Below are positions 17,679-32,465 of a stretch of 64,000 bases of DNA, piece after piece. The stretch lies in the NCBI RefSeq assembly GCF_009914755.1, contig NC_060942.1; one strand, written 5' to 3'. Made by a program: the position numbers and the translations under genes. Position 1 is the stretch's first letter, and every line of letters starts with the position of its first letter. This DNA comes from the human T2T-CHM13v2.0 reference genome, Homo sapiens. The notes under the pieces were generated by a model. The model saw nothing but the letters and a program-made list of their open reading frames with translations. It did not search any database and was not told where the DNA came from.

Positions 17679-18153
17679 ATGGATTAGTGGAGCTTGAAAG
17701 TAATATGAAACACCTGGCCATCTGACACTGACCTGTAATAAGTGATGCCAGGGGTCACGGTCACGTTATCAGAAAATAAACAAAAGTTGAAAAATAAAGA
17801 CTGGCAAGCTAATTACTATTGGAGCCAACATTTCCTTAATTTGTCTCCCTATTGAGGCTACAGACTCCCTGGGGTGACTAAACTGGCTCCGGCTACATAT
17901 TTTCAAAGAGAAAATCAAAGTGACTGAATGTCCATTAGCCAGACAGCTTGTCTCACTGAGCCTGAAGCCAGTGGATTGCAACCTCTCAAGCCTCAGAGGC
18001 AGTCCTGGGGCCACCCTCCCTTCTCTCCTCCTGGATTCCTAACAACCAGCTGAGGTTGTGTTTGATTTCAAATTCCTCTGATTGTAACAATACAGGCATT
18101 AGATATGCAAAGTTAAAAAGGAAAACCAAGGAGGAAGAGATGATTTCAGATCA

Positions 18154-18827
<674 letters not shown>

Positions 18828-19443
18828 TCATACCAAATTATGAAAAATGTCTGAAAGGGTGAAAGGGTCTTCAAAGCTCATGTAGTTCAACCTTCTCATT
18901 TACAGATAAGGCAACTGAGGCCCAGAGACCCGCTCATTGTTGCTCAGTTAATACTGAACCAACTTTGGTTCCGCATTACTTCAAACTCTCAAGCCTAGGA
19001 ACTTTCCACTGCATCACAGCTGTTAAAGAAATGATCCCCTTCCCCGCCACCACTGGCCCTTGCTGGGCCACACTGCTGAAGAGTGGAGGCACTTTTTTTT
19101 TTTTTTTTTTGCCAGAACCATCAAAGCCAGCCCCCACCTTCCCAGCAGTCCAATCTCTTGAATCATGACTTTAATGTTCAGGGCATGCAACGGCCTGTCC
19201 TTTCTCATAATTTTAATTATGTGTATGAATTGCTTCCCTCTACCCTTCTCTCTACCCTTGAGTTTCTACTTTCAAATATTCCTGGTTACTGGTGTTTCAA
19301 TTTTGTTTTACTGAAATATAAAATCAAATGCTAGTCCTCTGTGCATAGGTGATAAATTCAGTGGAGACAAATTACTGAAAATACTGTAGAAGGGTGCTGC
19401 TGGAGAGCACCCTTAGTAGAGTCATATCAGGTTTCCCTTTTAA

Positions 19444-19825
<382 letters not shown>

Positions 19826-20198
19826 GCCAAGTGTCATCTTTTGCAATGAGTTTTGAATGACAGTAAAGCTCAATGATATAACCAGCAGAATGCTCTTGAT
19901 TAAACAGGACATCCCTCATTATAGTCACTTGTAACTGTCTCTCAATATGGCAGAATGGAAGGTAGTATCCTACTTCCATTCATCAGATGCCATGCAGTCT
20001 ACAGAAAACACTCCTCTCTGGACTCCGGCCGCTTCATCTGCTGATATCAACATCCTTGCCTGAACGTTGACCAGTTGGCTTATCGTTTGGCCCCAGAGCT
20101 AAGATCTTTGATGCTAAGTTGATATTTTCTAAACTGTTCTTCAGGATACCATCACTTGTGATATGTCTGTAGGAATAATTTTGGGTTTAATCAAAGTT

Positions 20199-20476
20199 TC
20201 TTTTCTTTTTTTTTTGAGACAGGGTGGAGTGCAGTGGTGCAATTATAACTCACTGCAGCCTCAACCTCCTGAGTTCAAGTGATCCTCCCACCTCAGCCTC
20301 CTGAGTAGCTGGGACTACAGGCATGTACCACTATGCTCAGCTAATTTTTAAACAATTTTTAGTAGAGATGGGGTCTCACTATGTTGGCCAGGCTGGTCTC
20401 GAACAGCTCAAACGATCCTCCCACCCTGGCCTCCCAAAGTGCCGAGATTACAGGTTTGACCCACCACACCTGACCT
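20199..20476 (-). mobile_element. AluJ-like
   Basis: Reverse Alu with gcagcctcaacctcc/gatcctcccacctc J-type features. Confidence 0.85.
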
Positions 20477-21061
20477 AATTTTTTTTTTTTTAAATGGCAA
20501 TCTCTCTGGGCTTTTAGTGCATTCTAATTGTGACCCCTTAGGAAGTGGGTGCAGTGATGCACACTCCTCCAAACACCTGAACACAGGACCTTAAGAAAGA
20601 TATGCTTATTGACAGCTCACAGGAACCCACAGGTCTTCAGAACATCATGTGGGGAAATGCTGCAGTAAACGGTGGAGATAAAATATGCCTTTAACGCAAA
20701 TAATACTAGAGAAGATACCAAAAAACAATGTAAAATAGATCCTCTAATATTACTACTGCTCAGGTATTTTTACTGAATTCTTAGCCACAGAGGTCACACT
20801 GGTCATCAACTAAAAATAATTCTTGATTTCTTGTACTTATCTGAAACTTTACTTGAAAAATATTTAAGAAGTACATTTCATTTCTCAGGGAAGGAAAGAG
20901 GTGCATGTAGTCCCAGTGCTGACTTAGCAAGAGACTGCTAATTTCTGGGAACTTCCTTTTCCTTCCCCCTTTCCCACCCTAGCCTGCCCCCAGCCCTTTC
21001 TGGGCCCACACTGCTGAAGGTTGGAGGCACAGGTGACTGTCTCTCACCAGGGCAGACCTTG

Positions 21062-21195
21062 TCACTGCACTCTGACCCACAGCAATCGTAGCTCACTGCA
21101 GCCTAGACCTCCTGGGTTCAAGTGATCCTCCCATCTCAGCCTCCTGAGTAGCTGGGACTCCAGGCACGTGCCACCACACCCAGCTAACTTTTTTG
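21062..21195 (-). mobile_element. Alu right-arm fragment
   Basis: ctcactgcagcctagacctcctgggttcaagtgatcctccc. Confidence 0.75.
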
Positions 21196-21941
21196 ATTTT
21201 CTCTGACTTACAGCCACCGCCAGGGCACCACACAGCAGGGCCATACACAGGGCTTGCTGCCTTGGGGACTGAAGAGGAATGTGGGTGGAGGATCTAGGAA
21301 TTACTGCAGGAGGTGGAGGCTACCTGAGACCAAAGCACAAATAAACTCAGCATTTAAAATCTGATACCAGTCTCTGGAAATTCCATCCCGCTTCTCTGGT
21401 CATTGCTAGTGATGGTTGGTCTCCCCGCAGGCCACTCTCCCTCACAGGCAGGAACTCCTTGTGGGCGGGGCCAGGTCCTATTATTTCTATATCCCAACAT
21501 CGAATCTCAACCTAACCCCCAGCAGTATTGCGTTTGTTGCTGGGGTTCCCGGTGATTATGCTCAAGCATAAGCCTTGGTTGCTGGAGGCTGCCCTTCATG
21601 AGCATATAAGTGGGATTTCACCTGTAGATAAATCTGAGGCAAAGAGACAATGGACTTGCCAGGCTGGGCTGTCCATAACGCATGGGCTACCTGGCTCAGA
21701 GCATAGCTGAAAATCCAATTCCCAAAATGAAAAATTAGAAAGCTGCTTTCTTGTGACTGATTCTCAAGCAGGCCCCACACATTCATAGATCAGTGGCTAA
21801 ATAGCTGCACCCTGTTTTTCAGTGAGATTCCTGTTTTCAGTAAAGGACATCATCTACGAGGTAAGTTACACTTGCCTGCCCCTCCCCCACTGTCTCCACC
21901 ATGGGACAAAACTCAGTGATTTTAATTTGGAACTTAAAAAG

Positions 21942-22264
<323 letters not shown>

Positions 22265-23940
22265 TTACTTTTCTCCAGTCAACCTGGATGATCGACAAGC
22301 CCGTTTCCTCTGCCCTATGAACACCCCTGGGCAGGCACATGCCACATGCTTCAGGCTTTAAGAAGTGTCACCAAGTCCTCAAATTCACTCAAATTATTCA
22401 AATCGCCCAATCCTAAACTGGTTCCAAAGACTTATTTTGCATTTACTTCCGACATATGGCAGCTTCCTTGTGACTCAGCCCAGTTGCTTGTCAGAATTTC
22501 ACTTTGTAGTTCTCCCTTGCCAGGCAGCGGAAGCTGGTCCTCAGCTGTTTGCTGTCCTCAGCTGATGGCTGCTGCCTTCTAGCCCTTTTTGAAGCTTGGG
22601 CTACACCCAAGAATCACCACCTCCTGAGTGCCCAAACAGCTCTGGTTTTTTCATCTCTGCATTTCTGGCTATGGGTGATTTGTCCTAGGAACCCCAAAGG
22701 AAGGTTCAGGCCCAGCCAACCTCTCCCGACAGAGCTCCAGCCACCTTCCCTTCCCGAGGTAAGTAGAGAAGAGCTAAGCCCTAGGCTTGGGGAAGAGGAC
22801 AGCAGCTTCCTGGGCTACAAGTAGTGGGTACAGGAGCTGGTGGCTGTGTGGCACCAGCCTCAGGCCCTCTAAGTGGCTGAGGGCTTTCTCCCCAGGGAAC
22901 TGGTCCTGCCAGCCATTGTCAATGGAGTCCATTTTGCTTCAAAGTTCACCCTGGCTAGAAAGGCCCTTGACATGTAGGCTAAAATCCTACATTTTCATGG
23001 CTAGGCTGGCACTGACAACTTGGCAGGGGGACCAGAGCTGCTTCACACATGCATGTGGTGGTATTTTGATGACAAGGCATTGCCTGGAGCATTGATATTA
23101 GTTTAGGGGCTCTATTTCTCCTTTCTCTTTCTTCTTCTCTCTTTCCTCTTCCCCCATCCCTCCCCTTTTCCACTCTGCCTCGTTCTTCTTTTTTCCTCCG
23201 AACTCAAATAAGGAAATAACCCGAACTTCAGCTGATCATATGCTTGAGTGACCAGACATCTCAGTTGAATGTCGCCGACATAATGTAAATCAGCTTCTCA
23301 GCTCTGTGCTAAAGGCCCAGCTTTTAGAAATTTTCCAACTGCCTGTGGACTGATACTTCTGTGAAACACAAAGATGAACCACTACAAAAATAAGATGTAA
23401 AATGCAAGCATAAATTTTTGGATTTAAACAAAATTCCTCTGTCAGATTGATATAAAAATTTTTAAACACTCTCAATTTTTGTTTTTATCCAATTGTGAAT
23501 CTTGCCTGTCCCTAGACCATATTTTGAGTAGCATGGATACAGATTGTTTACCTTACAAGGAGATGTTTCATATTTATATTTCAGCCCATTTTCTTTGGGA
23601 AAACACAGCGTTTCTGACCTCTTCTCTGCTCATCTTAGTTTGTCTAAACACATATCTAAGCTCTACTCATTTCTCTAAGAGCACACCACTTCAGCTTGGT
23701 GGAGAGCTTCCTCCAGTACACACTAGCTTACAACCCTTGAGCTAATGGGCATCACTCTTATTCTTTCTCTTTAGAAGGAGTTTGAACTTATATTCTCTTC
23801 CCTAGGTCCCATTTACAATTCATATATGTGCCCCTTCCTGCCCACTTGCCTGCTTGTCCTCTGAGGTACCTGATTGTGCTCTTAATATATAAAAATATAT
23901 GTTATATATATTACATATAACTACATGAATATAAAATACA

Positions 23941-24309
23941 TGATATGGTTTAGCTGTGTCCCCACCCAAATCTCATCTTGAATTATAGCTCCCATAATCC
24001 CCATGTGTCATGGGAGGGACCTGGTGGTGGGTAATTGAATCACGGGGGCAGGTCTTTCCCGTGCTATTCTCATGACAGTGTATAAGTCTCAGAGATCTGA
24101 TGGTTTATCAATACAAGGGGCAGTTCTCCGGTACACGTTCTCTTGCCTGCAACCGTGTAAGACGTGCCTTTGCTCCTCCTTTGCCTTCCACCGTGATTGT
24201 GAGGCCTCCCCAGCCATATGGAACTGTGAGTTTTTTAAACCTCTTTTTCTTTATAAATTACCCAGTCTTGGGTATGTCTTTACCAGCAGTGTGAGAACGA
24301 ACTTATACA
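23941..24309 (+). mobile_element. THE1/MST-type MaLR solo LTR (antisense to CCBE1)
   Basis: tgatatggtttagctgtgtccccacccaaatctcatcttgaatt ... cttataca; TG...CA ends; near-TSD ataca/ataaa. Confidence 0.9.
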
Positions 24310-24526
24310 ATAAATAATTATGTATAATTACATATAGGCACTTGGAAACTTTAGACATTAAACATAATGTGGCATACATTGTATATAAAATTACATAGCA
24401 TAATTACATAAATATATTTATATATACAATTATATAATCATATCTATATAATATATAAACCCCCAAACTGGTTATATATATAATATATAAAAATATGTAA
24501 TTAGGGAGATATTTAGACTTGCCCTA

Positions 24527-24844
<318 letters not shown>

Positions 24845-25899
24845 TCATCCATAAAAACAGCACTTTTGGCCAAGTGGCCATTGTTACAGGCTGATCAGTG
24901 ATGGGGTTCCTGGCTGTGGCTCTGCCACTCGCAAGTCATGTGGCTTAGACTGCTAGCCTTCAGAGATCTCACTTACAGAACAATAACAATGAAGCCTGCC
25001 CTAAACACTTCAGAGGGCTGCTTAGAAATGACAATGAGATCACCAGTGACAACACTCAGAGAAGCAAACATTATAGAGATGATTTTTTGTGAGTGCCCTA
25101 CTGTGCTGGGGATTTTTAAGTTTCCCTTTATGGTATAGGTTCCAAACAGCATGACGATGACCCCACAGGTCACTTAGGAATGGCTCCTTCCCAGTTAAAA
25201 GCCATGATGGCACCTGGGAAAAGATACTTCCAATAAAAGAAAATAGTCATAATGGGTCTAATGGAAAGAGTCTTCCCCAGGAAATTTCTGCCTCATCAAG
25301 AACCCAGACAGACCCCTCATGAGCTGTGGAAATGAGCCATGGGACCATCAAACAAGTCCCCATGAAGAGCCCATGTTAACTATGCACATCATGGACTTGC
25401 TCCCCTGCCGCATGGTGGAAACAAAAACGTTTCCCACCACGAGGACAGTGGGAGGCCCAATTCCATTTCCTGTTCACTGGTTGAAGACAGTGGGTAGCAG
25501 TGGGTGGGAGCCGTGGCATGCAGCCCCAGACTGTGCACATGTGCTGCGTAGACACAGGCCAGCCCTGAACTTGAGGATGGCAACAACTTCCCAGCCACTC
25601 CCTGCACAAGCTGCCAGTGACTCAGTCCCTGTGTACGCTGAGGGGAGGGTGGTCATCTGGACGCTCCCCCGGCAGTACCAACTATGTCACCTGTAGACCG
25701 GATGTTGCAGCTGCATCCTGCTCTGCAATTCCTCAGGCTCACTGCCTTTCCCCAGGTGTCCCTGCCCTAAACCTACATGTGATGCTGCCTGTACTGCCCA
25801 GAGAGAGAGGAGATGAAGTTGAAATCAGAGACAGAAATAGAACTCTTAGTAGAAGCCAAGTTCTGCTGGTCCCCAAACCCCCAAACAAAAAGAACAGGG

Positions 25900-26188
25900 G
25901 GCTGGGTGCGGTGGCTCATGCCTGTAATCCCAGCGCTTTGGGGGGGCCAAGACAGGAAGCTGAGCCCAGGAGTTCCAGGCCAGACTGAGCAACATAGTAA
26001 AATCCCATCTCTATAAAATACGAACAAAATTAGCTGGGTGTAGTGGCGCATGCCTGTAGCTCCAGCTACTCAGGAGGCTCAGGTGGGAGGATCACAGGAG
26101 CACGGGAGGTTGAGGCTGCAGTGAGCCATGATCACGCCACTGCACTCCAGCCTGGGCAACAGAGTGTGACCCTGTCTCAAAAATAAAT
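25900..26188 (+). mobile_element. AluJ-like in intron 4
   Basis: Alu consensus with gagccatgatcacgccactgcac. Confidence 0.88.
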
Positions 26189-26514
26189 GCATAAAGAATA
26201 GGGTACAGTAGCTGCTATAAAGTGAAGTAAGAGCCTTGTGCCTGGGACCTGAGCCTCATGGAATGGCCTGTACCTTTCTCTGCAGGAGAGGCCAGAGATC
26301 CCTGCCCCATTCACTTGGGAGTCACAATCCCATTGTCTGGCATTGTGGGGCACCATTCCCAAATGCCGACAGGGAGCAACCAGAGGACCTACGGTTAGAA
26401 CTTCTCAGAAATGGTGCTCCCTAGAGCCCCTGCTAGGATAGAGAAAGAGGGATGCTCATGACAGCTGGTTTATCTTCCATGTAGGTCTACCTGCTAGTCT
26501 CTGGCAGTTCATCC

Positions 26515-26715
26515 TCCAGTTGATTCTTAAATCTCACCATGCCTAGGAATCATTAGAGGCATTGGTGTAAATATGCACGTCTGGACCCACTCTCAGAGTT
26601 GTGATTCATTAGGTGTGGAGAAAAGGCCAGGTTTTTTTTTTTTTTTCCCCAAACGAGGACCCCAGATGTTTCTCGGGTTAGTTATGAACTGACCACACTT
26701 TCAGACACATGGTTC
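26515..26715. mobile_element. MER5-like MITE
   Basis: ttcttaaatct...ggaatcat...gattcattaggtgtgg...accacactttcag. Confidence 0.5.
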
Positions 26716-27058
26716 CAATGGAAAATGAGCCATAAAGCTGCCTTAGAACCTCAAGGAGTGCACGGCTGGGATAGCCAGTTCATGAGGGTGGCAGTAAACA
26801 GGCTGGTGCCGTGGATGGTGCAGGCTCTGCTCAGCTGCAGCCCAGGTGGCTGGCTTCAGCTCCCTCTGACTTCCTCCCAACCTGTCTGCCATATGGCTAC
26901 TTCCTTTTTTCCCCAATCATCTTCTAAGAGAATGTTTATTCTTGTTTTGTTCTGTCTGCGTTTTTACTTTTCTGACCACTTATACTCTGTTTTACATTAT
27001 TCTAGTTTATATTTGGGCATGTTCCCCTTCTCCTGCTCTTATGTCTCATTGCCAATTA

Positions 27059-27547
<489 letters not shown>

Positions 27548-27875
27548 TTAGGGCTGTGGGTCACCTTCTAAGAGTACTGCAATGGGTAACTTACATGGCA
27601 TCACATCACTCGTGATTTTTCCCCTAGGTCACCTTGTCATCCTTTGGTCTTTGTCACTATCCAGAGAGAAAAGACTCTTAAGAGGGCCAGCCTCTGCGGA
27701 TTCCCTCGGGGTTGGGGGTGCTGTTTTGTCTTGTTCATCAACTGCTGTAGAGGCAGGTGACTCCACCCAGCAGAATACTAAACAAAGGCCAGCTGGGGTG
27801 ACAGGCACTGGTGTCATCATGTGGGAGGAAGGGCTGGAAGTCAGGCAGGCTCAGAGAGGTAGGAAGGGGGCTTTG

Positions 27876-28229
27876 TGTATACATGTCTAGTCTTATGCTG
27901 CTGATACAGACATACCTGAGACTGGGTAATTTATAAAGGAAAGAGGTTTAACTGGCTCACAGTTCCACATAGCTGGGGAGGCATCACAATCATGGCTGAA
28001 GGTGAATGAGGAGCAAAGCTGCTTCTTACATGGTATCAGGCAAGAGTGTGTGTGCAAGGGAACTCCCCATCAGATCTCGTGAGACTTATTCACTGTCATG
28101 AGAACACCATGGGAAAGACCCACCCCATGATTCAATTACATCCCACCAGGTCCCTCCCATGACACGAGGGAATTAAGGGAGCTACAATTCAAGATGAGAT
28201 TTGGGTGGGGACACAGCCAAACCATATCA
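27876..28229 (-). mobile_element. THE1-type solo LTR (sense to CCBE1)
   Basis: Reverse THE1 consensus ending gggacacagccaaaccatatca; perfect 5-bp TSD CTTTG at 27871-27875 and 28230-28234. Confidence 0.92.
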
Positions 28230-29688
28230 CTTTGTAATAGAAATGTGCATGACTTATAAGAGGGCCGATGCTTATGTGTGTATACTGTATAAGTGTGCAT
28301 CCTGGGGGGTTGATCTCTCATGCTGAGAAGGGGTTGGGTGAGTTTGAATGGCTAGAGGTCTCTTTCCAGCTCTCAGCCTGTACAAACTGAGGTGGATACA
28401 CTGCTACTCATAAAGAATTAGGGCATCTGCTCCTCTCAGTTCCTATGAACTGATATGTAATGAGCCTCTGAAGGGACTTTGGCTCTAATTCAGTAGCTCA
28501 GGCACAACACTGACTCCCGGACCGGAGCCAGCACCTCATTAATCCTTGCACTATCTCTTCCAGGTGCTGACAGATAAACTATACTTGGACACAGAGCGAG
28601 TCTGGCTTTGCTCCACCACATATGAAGGTGAACGGGTGGGCTGTCAGCTCCTGATGCAGGGAGGGTTTGTGTGACAAGTATTGTGCCACTCTCACGATGA
28701 CCTGGAAAGCTGCCCTTGTAAAATACTCCTTCCCATGATTGTGATTTCAGGCCTGCTTTGCCTGCATGGTGTTCTGACCAACCCTGCAAACTGTCTCTGG
28801 CTACACGTTTCCCCCACTTGGCATCGCCTCTAGGCAGCCAAGGTTCCGTGCTCTTTTTGTTGGAGAGCGTGATCCTGGCATGACTGGCTCTGAGCTTCCC
28901 TGTTGGCTGTTGCCACCATTCCGCAGCAGCTGGGACGGGGAAGAAGGAGGCAGAGAGGCAGTCGAAGTGTTTGAGTTGATCATGGTGCCTAACAAGGCAG
29001 TTCCCTGTCTCTCCTACCATTTCTGCTTCCCTGAGGAACCGCTCTCAACTCTTCTGATTCTTTCTATACTCACTTCTGCATCTCTAAATAGCTGACTTGC
29101 ATTGCTTTATTTTTATTTTAAATCCTCTCTATTGACTTCCAGTAACAGAAGAGATGCATTTAACTTTTTCACGGCCTCCTGTGCCCTGCAGTCACACCCA
29201 TAACTTCATATTCCCTCCATCTGGCCAATACAGTTATGATGATATTTTGGTGCGGTAATTGTTAGTATTTGCACCATAATGACAACATAAAAGCTATTCT
29301 TTGCTGAGCCTGGAAGTATGCTTGAATTACTTGTACCTTCTTGAAGACCTTTTTGTCTTCTTTGGAATTAAAAGAATTACCTTGTATATTTTTGGGGTGC
29401 CAGTTACTGAGCTTTCCCTCTTAGCTTCAAACACCCACCTTCTTCTTCCATGGGCTACTTTGTGACTTGGGCTCTGGAGACCACATTATTCCTGTGTCAG
29501 TTGCCAGCCTCTTCATTTCCGACAGTGACACACATAGAGACACAGACAGATACAGACAGAGAGGCTGGAAGAGGAAGAAAGGATATCTGCCTTTTTCTGG
29601 TTTGCTTCCTGGGCTTCCTATTCATGAAAGCCTAATATCAGCCTTTCTCTTCCATCCCACTAGCAGACTGTTTCAATAGCAGCTGCAA

Positions 29689-29805
29689 GCCGGGCATGGT
29701 GGCATGTGCCACCTCCGGAGGTTGAGGTAGGAGGCTGGCTTGAGGCCAGGAGTTCAAGACCAGCCTGGGCAACATAGTGAGCTCCTGTGTCTACCAAAAA
29801 GAAAA
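29689..29805 (+). mobile_element. Alu monomer (FLAM-like)
   Basis: gccgggcatggtggc...ggagttcaagaccagcctgggcaacatagtgag, then an A-tail. Confidence 0.75.
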
Positions 29806-30532
29806 CAGTAGCAGCAAAATCCAGCTTGTATTTTTTCCAACACTTGCAAAATCAGCCTCACTGTATCCCATTTCAGAGACATCAGCACCAGCCAGCCATC
29901 TGGTAGCCCCTCCTCAAAGGTCTGGGTCCCTGATCCACTAGTAACTTCCTCTGAGTTCTGAGAAATAGGGCTTGCTAGCCAGTACCTCTTCCTCAGAGTG
30001 CTGGGTCCTCCAAACTTCTAAGTTTTCACTGGCCCAGTATCTTCTCTTTGTTTCCCTAGCCTAGAGGCGGTAGCTGCTTCCTGCAGTTGTTACCTCAATG
30101 ATACTTAGTTTTCCTTTGCATTTTTGGTTCTCAATTACTAGTTAGCAATTCTTCATATTAATTGCTTTCTGTTAAATAAGTGGTGAAGGCTCTGTTTCTG
30201 GACAATTCAATCTACATATTCAGTTTTCTACAAATTGATCACTGATTCATCACCAGAGATCCCCTCAATTTTGCGAATCTCTTCTTATAGACATTTTTTC
30301 AAATTAATCTCAACTTGCTCTAATTAGGACTCTGTAGGTCTGCTGCACAGCAGCTACTACTCTTGGTCTTGAACTCCTCAAATAATCCTCGTCTCAGCCT
30401 CCCAAAGCGCTGGGATTACCAGCACCACGCCCAGCCTACAGCTGCCTCCATGAATGTGCATTCACCATGAACCTAGGGATGCCCATCACCTCCCTCTCTC
30501 TTTTGTTGGATTCCTGTTTCCTGGATCTCTCA

Positions 30533-30881
30533 TGTATTAGTCTGTTCTCACGCTGCTAATAAAGACATAGCTGAGACTAGGTAATTTATAAAGGAAAGAG
30601 GTTTAACTGACTCACAGATCCACATGGCTGGGGAGGCCTTACAATCATGGAAGAAGGCAAATGAGCAAAGTCATGTCTTACATGGTGGCAGACAAGAGAG
30701 AGCTTGTGCATGGGAACTCTCATTTATAAAACCATCAGATCTTGTGAGACTTACCACCATGAGAACAGTATGGGGAAACTGCCCCCATGATTCAATTATC
30801 TCCACCTGGCCCTGCCCTTGACACGTGGGGATTATTACAGTTCGATGTGAGATTTGGGTGGGGACACAGCCAAACCATATA
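30533..30881 (-). mobile_element. THE1-type solo LTR (sense to CCBE1), nested in old L1M sequence
   Basis: tgtattagtctgttctcacgctgctaataaagacata ... gggacacagccaaaccatat. Confidence 0.92.
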
Positions 30882-30884
30882 TCC

Positions 30885-31430
30885 ATGTCTTTCTCTCTTC
30901 CAGTTTACTCCCTCATTTTAGTGGAGAATATTCTCCATTGGCTTCCTGAAAAATGTCATAAAAGGGGTAAAAGTTTTGAGATCATGCATGTCTAAAATAC
31001 ACTTTATCAACCCTTATGATTACTACTGATAGTCTGTGTATATAATTCTAGGTTGGAAAACTTTGCCTCAGAATTTTGAAGGCATTGTTCCATTGTCTTC
31101 CAGCTTTTCAATGCTGCTGCAGGGAAGTCCTGTGAGATTCAAACTCTTGAGCTTTTGTATGAATCACATCTTTTTTCCTCCCTAAAAATTTTTAGGACTT
31201 ATATGGTACCACTTCAATCTTTGGTAAACCCTTTTTATAATCTGGAAATTAATATCCTTCAATTCTGAAGACTTTTTGAATTATATCTTTAAGAACTTAC
31301 TCCCTCTGTGTGGAATTTTAAATTATTTGGATGTTGCATCCCCTGGACTTTATGTCTAATATTCTCATCTTTTTTTTTCCTATTGTTAATTTCTTTGATC
31401 TCTTGCTCTCGTGCTTGGAAAACTTCTTCA
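30885..31430 (-). mobile_element. Old L1M (ORF1-region) fragment
   Basis: tataattctaggttggaaaac...gaattttgaaggcattgttccattgtcttccagc, typical of antisense L1ME. Confidence 0.65.
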
Positions 31431-31432
31431 GT

Positions 31433-32465
31433 ATCACCTTCCAACCCTCCCACTATTTCCGCCCTCCACTACTCACCATCCAACCCTCCCACTACTCCCC
31501 CCCTACTACTCACCTTCCAACCCTCCCACTATTTCCTCCCCCACTACTCACCTTCCAACCTTCCCACTATTTCCTCCCCACTACTCATCATCCAACCCTC
31601 CCACTATTTCCTCCCCTGCTACTCACCTTCCAACCCTATTTCCTCCCCCACTACTCACCTTCCAACCCTCCCACTATTTCCTCCCCCCACTACTCACCTT
31701 CCAACCTTCCCACTATTTCCCCCCTACTACTCACCTTCCAACCCTCCCACTATTTCCCCCCGACTACTCACCTTCCAACCTTCCCACTATTTCCTCCCCC
31801 TACTACTCACCTTCCAACCCTCCCACTATTTCCTCCCCCACTACTCACCTTCCAACCCTCCCACTATTTCCTCCCCCCACTACTCACCTTCCAACCTTCC
31901 CACTATTTCCCCCCTACTACTCACCTTCCAACCCTCCCACTATTTCCCCCCGACTACTCACCATCCAACCCTTCCACTATTTCCCCCCCACTACTCACCA
32001 TCCAACCCTCCCACTATGTCCTCTCCCACTACTCACCTTCCAACCCTCCTATTCCCCCCACTACTACTCACCATCCAACCCTCCCAGTACTCACCTTCCA
32101 ACCCTCCCACTATCCCCCCCTACTACTCACCTTCCAACCCTTCCACTATTTCCCCACTACTACTCACCTTCCAACCCTCCCACTATTTCCTCCCTCCAAC
32201 TACTCACCTTCCAACCCTCCTACTATTCCCCCGCTACTACTCACCTTCCAACCCTCCCACTATTCCCCCACTACTGCCCACCTTCCAACCCTCCCACTAT
32301 TCCCCCGCTACTACCTACCTTCCAACCCTCCCACTATTTCCTCCCACCACTCACCTTCCAACCCTCCTACTATTCCCCCCTACTACTCACCTTCCAACCC
32401 TCCCACTATTTCCTCCCCCGACTACTCACCTTCCAACCCTCCCACTATTTCCTCCCCCTACTACT
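31433..32465. repeat. Minisatellite/VNTR, ~38-bp unit CTACTCACCTTCCAACCCTCCCACTATTTCCTCCCCCA, 28 units
   Basis: 28 TCCAACC anchors counted by eye; units vary in C-run length and some are truncated; exact 137-bp internal duplication at offset 190. Confidence 0.97.

Noticed and set aside
31433-32465. CRISPR-like array (~38-bp periodicity)
   Set aside because: No unique spacers, no cas genes, primate intronic context: a head-to-tail minisatellite.
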